Shown piece by piece: positions 1 through 7,521 of a stretch of DNA of 14,078 nucleotides. The notes under the pieces are model-generated. The model searched no databases, was not told where the DNA came from, and was given only the letters and a program-made list of their open reading frames with translations. The position numbers were made by a program, and so were the translations under genes. The stretch is from positions 1 through 14,078 of the forward strand of contig JAHLWH010000182.1 in the NCBI GenBank assembly GCA_019058015.1, written 5' to 3'. Positions within the stretch are counted from its first letter, which is position 1. Every line of letters begins with the position of its first letter. The DNA is from Promethearchaeota archaeon (GTDB lineage Archaea > Asgardarchaeota > Lokiarchaeia > Sigyniarchaeales > SOKP01).

Positions 1-168
1 AATTATGAGACAAATCATCGGGGTTCCAATATCCTGAATAGTTCTTTTTTTGTAATTATGACGCATTATGTCTTCTCCTTCACAAATAGGAAACTTCTCT
101 GGAAAAATTTCTCCGTCTGTATGCTCCCGAATTTCTAATTCTATCCCATCTTGAGAAATTTTCTCCAT
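1..168 (-). mobile_element. N-terminus of a putative ISL3-like transposase (zinc-finger region), truncated by the window edge, possibly degenerate
   Basis: Manual translation from ATG at 168: MEKISQDGIELEIREHTDGEIFPEKFPICEGEDIMRHNYKKRTIQDIGTPMICLII, open to position 1. 'FPICEG...MRHNYKKRTIQDIG.P' resembles the zf-ISL3 pattern CPxCG...H.Y..R.I.D..., with the first Cys replaced by Phe. Not in the ORF track. Confidence 0.5.
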
Positions 169-457
169 AAAATATGTTTATTTTTTGAAGATTTAAACTT
201 TTAGGTTGTAGAAATTGTATTAATTTGAAGAAAGATGAAATCTATTAAGAGAAGATGTTAGAACCCGCTAAAAAACGAGGAAATTTAAAAAAAGTTATAA
301 ATAAACGAAGAAAATCACGAAATTTGTCGTAGGATGATGAATTTAAATAAGTTATTTACTAATTAAAAACTATCATACTCTTTTTAAGAAGAGAAAAAAA
401 AAATTCATAAGAGGTTTATTATCTAGAAAAATAGTACATTACAAATTTAAAATTAAA

Positions 458-1648
458 TTGTTGAAAATTTTTATTTTTAAAAATATGAAATTGGTAATAA
501 AAACAATAAATTCTCAAAAATTTTTTAACATATTATTGAATTTTCTGTTTATAGTTATAGTTTTAGCAATTATAAATACTGTAATCTCAATAATATTATT
601 TTTTATGAGAATGTTAAATCAATTCATACAAAATTTAAATTGGACTATCATTTTTGTTGGTTTTATTATTTTTGTTTTTCTTTTATTTTTTTTCCCGAAA
701 TTTTATAGGAATCCGAAAAATGTTAAATTTAAATTTATATCGAGATTTCACTTAAAAATGACAGAATTAACTAAAAAACAAATCACAAAAGATTTTCTAC
801 TCGGAAGTCTCTTTATTTTTATTGAAATATTATTATCTTTATTCATTATTTTTAGGTGGATTCGACCAGAAGACTTTGAATTATTGAGTTTTATTATTTA
901 TTCTTACACATTAAGTGTAGTTATTTTTGATATTACAGTAATTGGGATTATATATAATAAAAATATTATTAAATTTTTTAGTTTTCACGTTATTTATAGT
1001 TCAGTTCTCGTTGGAGTGCTTTTTCCTATGCTTTTTATTTCAGGGATATTTTTTATTTTATTTTACTTTTATTTTATTTCATGGATTTTCGCTGATCCTA
1101 CATTTCTCTTGAAAAGTTTTACTTCTTCTTGGTTAAATACTTCTTTATCAATTCGTTTCAATTATGACCTATTTTTTATTATCAAAATGATAATTTTTCT
1201 CTTTGGGTTGATATTATTTCTCATTTCCTTAGGTCAATTAGTTCATGGTTTGAAAAAAAAGAAGGGTTTAGTACAAACTGGAATCTATAAATATTTCAGG
1301 CATCCACAAAATTTAGCAATGATTATTATGGCGTTCCCATTATTCATACCCCATGGAATAAGAATGGGTGATTTGATTTCATGGGTTCAATTCGCGTGTA
1401 TAATTATTATCTCTTCTGATATTGGAGATATTAAATTGAAAAAGAAATATCCTGAACAGTTTCAACAACATTATGAGAAAACAGGATTTATGTTTCCGAA
1501 ATTGTTTTCACACAAATTATTATGGAATATTTCTGTTTTTGAAAATAAGAAAGCACGTTATGGATTATTCTTTCTCCTATATATTGTAATTATTATATTT
1601 TTTTACTTAATTCATCTTATTTTACCTTTCGAACGTTTATGGATATAA
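458..1648 (+). CDS. Polytopic membrane protein with a C-terminal isoprenylcysteine carboxyl methyltransferase / phospholipid methyltransferase (ICMT/PEMT) family domain
   Basis: Family motif LVQTGIYKYFRHPQNL and tail KKYPEQFQQHYEKTGFMFP, plus a long hydrophobic N-terminal extension. The real start may be ATG 485 rather than TTG 458. Confidence 0.8.
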   Translation: MLKIFIFKNMKLVIKTINSQKFFNILLNFLFIVIVLAIINTVISIILFFMRMLNQFIQNLNWTIIFVGFIIFVFLLFFFPKFYRNPKNVKFKFISRFHLKMTELTKKQITKDFLLGSLFIFIEILLSLFIIFRWIRPEDFELLSFIIYSYTLSVVIFDITVIGIIYNKNIIKFFSFHVIYSSVLVGVLFPMLFISGIFFILFYFYFISWIFADPTFLLKSFTSSWLNTSLSIRFNYDLFFIIKMIIFLFGLILFLISLGQLVHGLKKKKGLVQTGIYKYFRHPQNLAMIIMAFPLFIPHGIRMGDLISWVQFACIIIISSDIGDIKLKKKYPEQFQQHYEKTGFMFPKLFSHKLLWNISVFENKKARYGLFFLLYIVIIIFFYLIHLILPFERLWI

Positions 1649-1749
1649 TGAATGAATATCTAATTGAATAGATAAATTTAAGTTCATTAATTTCAATTGG
1701 TATATTATTTTCCAGTTTATTTTTCAAAATTCCAATTTATTTTACAAAG

Positions 1750-2154
1750 TTACATTACCTCTTTTTTGATTGCTAACGCTAAACTATAAGCAAATTTTGG
1801 TGGTACAGCATTTCCGATCATTCGGTATTGATTTGTAAGGCTTCCATAAAATATAAAATCATCAGGGAATGATTGAATTCTAGCGCATTCACGAACTGTT
1901 AGTTTTTTATATATTAATTTTCTTTTCTGGTAATCTGAGATGGCTATATATAGTTCTAAAATACCATGTTTTGTAGTAATAGTAAATGCTGGTAAATGTA
2001 ATTTTAGTGGAGAACGTTTTATAAGCGAGATTTTTTCCTTAAGATTTTGATTAGGTTCTAGGAGTAGTATATCTTTTATAGATTCGTAGATATTAACCCA
2101 TCTTTTTATTTTTTTACCAAAAATATTAATTAATTTTTTAATGAAAAAACTTTG
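1750..2154 (-). pseudogene. C-terminal half of a DNA (cytosine-5) methyltransferase (variable/target-recognition region plus motifs IX and X), with no canonical start
   Basis: Manual translation: ...[14 protein letters not shown]...[11 protein letters not shown]...[68 protein letters not shown] is motif IX and [11 protein letters not shown] is motif X. Catalytic motifs I-VIII are absent. The 134 open codons start directly after the in-frame TAA at 2157-2155. Confidence 0.9.
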
Positions 2155-2868
2155 TTATTTCCTTTTAATTGATGAAAATATTACTTTAAATGGTAACATC
2201 AGCGACTTTATTGACTCGCTTATAAGTGGAGTTTTAGATTCACCCATATCTCTTTTTTTAAATAGGATTGGAATATCAGTAATTTTTGCTCCATTTTTAT
2301 GTGCATAATAAACACTCTCAATTAAAAATACATTTTTACTTGAATATCTATAATTTCTAATCTTTTGCCATATTTCCATTTTTATTGCTCGATAACCAGT
2401 TGAAAAGTCTTTTATTTTGATTCCAAACATAAGTGAAAGATAAATACCCCCCAATTTACTTATAATTCTGTTAATAAAACTTGTTTCTGTTGATCCACCT
2501 TTCATGTATCGTGAACTTACCACAACATCGTATCCAATTTTGATTTTTGCGATAAATTCTGGTATTTTTTCGGGGGGATGTTGCAAATCTGCATCCATTG
2601 AAATTATCAAATCGCCTGTTGCTTGATTATAACCATCTATATGAGCAGTTCCGATGCCTAATAGTTTATCTCTTACAATTAATTTTATATTATTTTGAGT
2701 CTTTTGTAGGTTTCTCACATCGTCAATTGTACCATCGGTACTATTATCATCTACTATTATTATCTCATTAGTTAAGTTATGCTCTTTAGTGATTGAATTA
2801 ATTTTTTTAATTAGCCTATCAATATTCCCATGTTCATTATAAGTTGGTATAACAAAACTGATTTTCAT
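2155..2868 (-). CDS. GT2 glycosyltransferase, polyprenol/dolichol-phosphate mannose synthase (DPM1-like)
   Basis: ISFVIPTYNE, IIVDDNSTDGT, DxD motif MDADLQHPP, VVSSRYMKGG, IKDFSTGYRA and terminal FKKRDMGESK. Length 237 aa fits a soluble DPM1-type enzyme. Confidence 0.88.
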   Translation of the reverse strand: MKISFVIPTYNEHGNIDRLIKKINSITKEHNLTNEIIIVDDNSTDGTIDDVRNLQKTQNNIKLIVRDKLLGIGTAHIDGYNQATGDLIISMDADLQHPPEKIPEFIAKIKIGYDVVVSSRYMKGGSTETSFINRIISKLGGIYLSLMFGIKIKDFSTGYRAIKMEIWQKIRNYRYSSKNVFLIESVYYAHKNGAKITDIPILFKKRDMGESKTPLISESIKSLMLPFKVIFSSIKRK

Positions 2869-3011
2869 ATAGTACCTAACGTGAATTTGATCATATTAAT
2901 ATAATATTTTATTCAATTCTAAATAGATTAAAACTTTTTCTTATTCTGTATAACAATTTAAATTTCAAAAAGAATTATATCATAAATATAATTACGTATA
3001 GAAAGATATCC

Positions 3012-3731
3012 ATGTTTAAGAAAAAAACTCAAAAAATCTTATTTCCTATTTCTTTGTTTATTCTTTGCCTTATTTTAACTATTTATTCTATTTATTGGGA
3101 GTCAATAGAACCTGCAGTAATTATTTTTTGGGATTATATCGTATATTATTCTCCTGCAATTCAAAAATTCTGGAATAGCGAAGTTTTTTATGGACTCAAT
3201 TATTTTCCAAGCTTTTTCTTTTTAACACCATTTTATATTAATTTAGAAATATACATAGTATTTCTAACATGTTGTTGGATAGGTTCAATATATTTATTAT
3301 TTAAATTAGAGAAAAATTATTTTGTTGTATTGATATTTTCTTTTTTTACATATATATACATTTTAATTGGAAATATTGAACCATTTAGTATTTTCATTCT
3401 TTTAATTGCCTTTTTATACAAAGAAGATAAATATATACTCCCTATTTTATTAGCCTTTATCTGTTTTAAAATAACAATGTTTTTAATAATACCATATTTT
3501 CTATTTAAAGCGAATAATAGAATTTTATTTATTATTCTATTTATTAGCGCTTTTTTACTATTAAATATTCAATTTCTATTCCATATAGATTATATCTTTC
3601 AATTTTTATCGCTTGGAATTGAGGATGAAGATCTTTTTTCGAAATTCATACGTGTTTCGTTATTCTATCCACTATATTACATTATTAAAGAGTGTCGTTT
3701 GGCTCAATTATCTAAAAAATTAGAGTCTTAA
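3012..3731 (+). CDS. Membrane protein, probable compact GT-C glycosyltransferase (GT87/DUF2029-like)
   Basis: After the first TM helix come WDYIVYY...LNYFPSFF (D-x-x-x-Y-Y and Y-x-P pattern), then IGNIEPF and a Lys in CFKIT, matching the GT87 GN/GQ...K layout. Highly hydrophobic throughout. Confidence 0.55.
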   Translation: MFKKKTQKILFPISLFILCLILTIYSIYWESIEPAVIIFWDYIVYYSPAIQKFWNSEVFYGLNYFPSFFFLTPFYINLEIYIVFLTCCWIGSIYLLFKLEKNYFVVLIFSFFTYIYILIGNIEPFSIFILLIAFLYKEDKYILPILLAFICFKITMFLIIPYFLFKANNRILFIILFISAFLLLNIQFLFHIDYIFQFLSLGIEDEDLFSKFIRVSLFYPLYYIIKECRLAQLSKKLES

Positions 3732-3939
3732 AATAACTGAAAGAAAAGAAAAAGATTGTGTTTCTTAACGCAATTTTACTTATTTAAATTATTCTTTAAG
3801 TATATGAATATTTTAATGTAAATCAATAATAATAATATTTTATATTTATATTTTAGATTATTGTTAAAATTTTATTTAAACTTTAAAACATCTTATTGGA
3901 GGATTTATTTCTACATATTTAGGAACAATTAATATTAAT

Positions 3940-5182
3940 TTAGGGTTGTATTTCTTCGGTTTCTAATAAAGAATATTTTAATAGACTAATATAAATAATT
4001 GATAGAAATATAGAAGCCCATAGATTAAAAGGGAATATTTGATAAGTTAAAAAGAAAACCCCAGACAATGGAACAACAATTGATGCTAAAAGAAAATATC
4101 CAATTTTGAAATTTTTAATTATCTGATTACGGGAGCTTTTTTTGTTAAACTCATTTGTTATTAAAAAAATTGATAAGAATGGCGCTAAGCTTACAAGATG
4201 ATGATCCCAAGAATCAAAATAAACTAATAACATGATAATCATTCCATAAATTAAGCCCTCATTAATACCAACATTAGAATTTTTTTTAAAAATGTAAATT
4301 AAGAAACCAGGAATATCAACGATTAACACAATAATGATGAAAATAATAAATTTACTACTCTGGATTCCCATAATATAGAAAAGATTTAAAATGGCTCTTG
4401 TAATGCTAATGAAATTATTAATTTCTTCCTCCGTATATTCGCCAGAGAAATTAATATCTACAAATCCTTGCCATAAAGTAGGATATAAAATAAAAAATAA
4501 CACTGAAACTAATATTGGAATAATTACACCAAATAAGCGGAAACTCGATCGTTTGAAATCAATTTTTAATTTCTTATTCTTCCTATTCCAATTGATGATA
4601 ATTATAAAGGGAATAATGAAAATTGCTAAAGGCTTAATTGAAATACTTATTCCAATTAAAATTCCACCTAAAAAATCAGAAATTGATGAATTTTTTAGAA
4701 AGAAATATACCGCCAGTAATAAGAAGACTGTGATAAGATTATTAATTTGACCCAATGCATAGTTCATAAAATGCGGAAAACAGAGTAAATAAATTGCAAT
4801 ATATTTTATCGAACGGGATTTAAATCATTTTTTTTGAATTTAATCGATTTAATTGTATTTTTGCTGCATTAATATAGATTAAATAACAACATGCAAAATT
4901 TAAAAACAAACTAAAAATCTGAAATACAAAATAACCAATCTCTAAACCCATCATCGAAAATGATGTAAAAAAATAGGCAGAAATTGGAAAATATCTATAC
5001 GGAAAGAGATAATTAGATTAATTATATAAATCATTAATATCTTCAATAATTATTTTACCTGCATTAAAATAGGTTAGAAAATCACACGTTTCAGAATATC
5101 CAGCAAAATAGAATAACATAAGAGAAATTATCAAATAAACACAATGAGTTCCTATACCTATAAATAAAAACCTTTTATCCAT
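3940..5182 (-). pseudogene. GT87/DUF2029-like GT-C glycosyltransferase, disrupted by an in-frame TAA and a frameshift
   Basis: ATG at 5182 gives MDKRFLFIGIG...CDFLTYFNAGKIIIEDINDLYN*SNYLFPYRYFPISAYFF, with TAA at 5020-5018. This frame ends at TAA 4822-4820 just after an A8 run. A different frame continues ...CFPHFMNYALGQINNL...SIKPL...SWDHHLV (the ORF track entry 3940..4767). DF.Y..AG, Y.P, GQ, IKP and W.HH are GT87 hallmarks. Confidence 0.82.
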
Positions 5183-5335
5183 TTTAATATATTATTAACC
5201 CTAACCTTAATTTATTTTGTTTTTATTTTTATTAGAAATCTATGGATTTTTAAAAGTTCATAAAATTAAATATTGTTTTTTAATAGAATTATTAAAAAGA
5301 TTAAGTAATTAAAAAAAAAAGAGAATTTAATATTT

Positions 5336-6349
5336 TTATTCTACACTTTCAGTTTTTTTGACTTTTTCAACTTTTTCTCTCTTGCCGAGTTTTTCTTGAA
5401 TTATAATCAAAAGCCATGGTATCAGTAAGATAGCTATTAATGCAACTATTAATAATTGGAAAAACTCCCAAATTTGATTACCTAAAGGACCTAAATCCAA
5501 GGGAATTAAATCTAAAGCCAAATACACTACTAATACAATTACTATTCCTATAGCTAAATTAATAATTCTCTGTTTAATTTCAAGCTCACTTGGATTGTAT
5601 TTTATTTTTTCATTTTCAATTAAATAACCAATTGAAAGGCCAATTAAGGCACCAATATATCCATAATGGTTATCAGTATTGGGAAAAATTCCAATCCCAA
5701 TAATAAATAATATTATTGGAATGGCTATAGCAAGAATTATTTTTAAATTTAAATTAAGTCTATTTACTTTTTCAGAAATTATTGGTTCTATGTGAATAAA
5801 TATTAACGATAGACTTATTCCAAATAATAATCCGCCAACCACATCGTCTACATCATGTTCCCCTATTATTATTCTCGAAATTGAAATCAGATATATGATA
5901 ATTAAAAAAATCCAAGGAAATATTTTATTTTCTTTTTTATCTGCTTCGTATGCCATAAATCCCCATGTAGCTACAGCATTTTGTGCATGTCCAGATGGAA
6001 AACCAAACCCTCTTTGGTCCAATCTTGTCCAAGGTAAAGGATCTTGAAAAATATCTTTCAAAATAGAATTAGAATAGAACGAAGCTATTAAAGAAAATAT
6101 TAAATTCTTCCCAAATTTTTTATCATAAACTAAATAAACAGTAACTACTAGTAAAATCAGTCCAATTTCCCATCCTAAATAGGAAATTGCAGAAAAAATT
6201 ATATATGTAACGTCATTGCCATAAAAATATTCACAAAATGTCATATTAAATCCAAGTACTATAAGGATTAATCCAAGCAAAGAGATGATAATTACAATCG
6301 TGAGTATAAAGAGACTTTTCTTTTTTGATAATATTTCTTCTTCACTCAA
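5336..6349 (-). CDS. PAP2-family integral membrane phosphatase (lipid phosphate / polyprenyl pyrophosphate phosphatase-like)
   Basis: C2 motif FPSGH, C3 motif SRIIIGEHDVDD, and C1 motif KDIFQDPLP (K-x6-RP with R replaced by L). TTG start preceded by SD-like GGTGA (6360-6356). Confidence 0.88.
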   Translation of the reverse strand: MSEEEILSKKKSLFILTIVIIISLLGLILIVLGFNMTFCEYFYGNDVTYIIFSAISYLGWEIGLILLVVTVYLVYDKKFGKNLIFSLIASFYSNSILKDIFQDPLPWTRLDQRGFGFPSGHAQNAVATWGFMAYEADKKENKIFPWIFLIIIYLISISRIIIGEHDVDDVVGGLLFGISLSLIFIHIEPIISEKVNRLNLNLKIILAIAIPIILFIIGIGIFPNTDNHYGYIGALIGLSIGYLIENEKIKYNPSELEIKQRIINLAIGIVIVLVVYLALDLIPLDLGPLGNQIWEFFQLLIVALIAILLIPWLLIIIQEKLGKREKVEKVKKTESVE

Positions 6350-6568
6350 AGGTTTTCACCAAATTTTTTTTTAGATAATAAAAAATATTGAAAATCAATA
6401 GTAATATTATTTTCATTTCATTATAATATTAATGTCAATTTAATTGATTACCTACTAATAATCAAATGAAAAGTATATTGATATTTTTTGAATTTTTAAA
6501 AATTATAGTAATAGAATTTTAAATGATAATCATGTTCAATATATGTTATCGGATATTAGACGAAGATT

Positions 6569-6574
6569 GGAGGT
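6569..6574 (+). promoter_or_regulatory. Shine-Dalgarno-like ribosome binding site for the ICMT gene
   Basis: GGAGGT lies 5 nt upstream of the in-frame ATG at 6580, which suggests 6580 rather than 6523 is the true start. Confidence 0.55.
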
Positions 6575-6579
6575 TAAAA

Positions 6580-7140
6580 ATGATCAATTATCCTTTGATT
6601 TGGATTATATTTCCAATTATATTAACTGTCATTCTTATTAGTTCGTGGCTATTAGCGAGAATGAATAATTTGGAAAACAAGGTTTTGCGAACTGGATTCA
6701 TAACAGCAGGTGCCATTATCGGATTCATTGCGTTTATTTTACCTTTTTTTGAACAACTGAGTTTTCAAGATATAATTTTAAATTTTGTTATTGGATTACT
6801 CTTAACAGTGTTTGGTTTGATCGCACGTGTGTATCCAATGATTTATCTCCGGAGGAAAGGCACTACTACAGCATTGAGCAAGGTGACAGAAATAATCGAC
6901 ACTGGGCCTTTTAGAATAATTAGACATCCTCAATATACAGGAGGAATCCTCTTAATAATTGGATGGTATCTTATCTGGGGATCAATTTTTTGTCTGTGTT
7001 TAGTTCCATTAATTGCTTTATTGACTGTAATAAAAGCATTAATTGAAGAAAAGTATATTTTAGAATAAAAATTTGGCAATACATATAGTGAATACAGAAA
7101 GAGAGTAGGTATGTTTATTCCGAAAAGAAGAAAACAATAG
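6580..7140 (+). pseudogene. Isoprenylcysteine carboxyl methyltransferase (ICMT/PEMT) family protein with a premature in-frame TAA
   Basis: Motif IIDTGPFRIIRHPQYTG. After EEKYILE the TAA at 7066-7068 is followed in frame by KFGNTYSEYRKRVGMFIPKRRKQ* (TAG 7138-7140), which completes the conserved EE..L...FG..Y..Y...V..FIP tail. Confidence 0.85.
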
Positions 7141-7293
7141 GAATTAAATTATTTCCAATTTAAAAGCACCTATTCTTTTCATAAATTTAATTTTGAATTA
7201 ATCTAATCTCAAAAAATGAAAATATATTTTATATTGTTGCCTAAAATTAATGAAATCCTCATAGATTAGAATTAATAGGATAAAAAGAAAACC

Positions 7294-7421
7294 GAAGGAA
7301 TTCGGTATCTCTTTAAATTAAGTATAAGGAGGAGATCCCGTGCAATGATTTCACGAGAAGAGGGCGAAATCCAATGTTTTAAAGTTGCGGGAAAAACCCG
7401 CGAAAGATATTAAATTCCTTC
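7294..7421 (+). ncRNA. Candidate structured non-coding RNA or cis-element (three-way junction), family unknown
   Basis: Pairings read by eye: P1 7294-7310/7405-7421 (17 positions, 1 mismatch, 2 G-U); P2 CTTTAAA 7311-7317/TTTAAAG 7378-7384; P3 TTGCGGG-AAAAA-CCCGCGA 7385-7403; inner hairpin TCCCGTG 7336-7342/CACGAGA 7352-7358. Locally GC-enriched. The G-U pairs favour the + strand. Confidence 0.45.
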
Positions 7422-7464
7422 AATATGAGATTATTTTTTAGAATAATAAAAGTTAATAGATCAT

Positions 7465-7496
7465 ATTATTGTTCGTATCAATCGTAAGACAATAAT
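7465..7496. terminator. Inverted repeat, possible terminator hairpin between convergent transcription units
   Basis: ATTATTGT (7465-7472) and ACAATAAT (7489-7496) form a perfect 8-bp inverted repeat 25 nt downstream of the N6-MTase stop. It is AT-rich, so support is weak. Confidence 0.3.
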
Positions 7497-7521
7497 TTTA
7501 CAATAAAATTTCATTGCTTAA

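Noticed and set aside
4391-4750. 119-aa + strand ORF
   Set aside because: Antisense shadow of the GT87-like gene, with no recognisable motifs.
5196-5207. Telomere-like TAACCC-TAACCT
   Set aside because: Only two imperfect units, which is expected by chance.
5018-7068. Selenocysteine or pyrrolysine as the explanation for internal stops
   Set aside because: The internal stops are TAA, not TGA or TAG, and do not fall at catalytic Cys or Pyl-type positions.
7336-7403. Resemblance of the structured element to a cobalamin riboswitch (GAGAA...GGCGAAATCC), group I intron P/Q words (TTGCGGGAAA, ATCCCGTGC), hammerhead ribozyme or SECIS (ATGA)
   Set aside because: Only isolated words match. There is no B12 box, the P and Q words are in the wrong order with no R/S elements, there is no CUGAUGA core, and there is no tandem GA quartet or nearby in-frame TGA gene.
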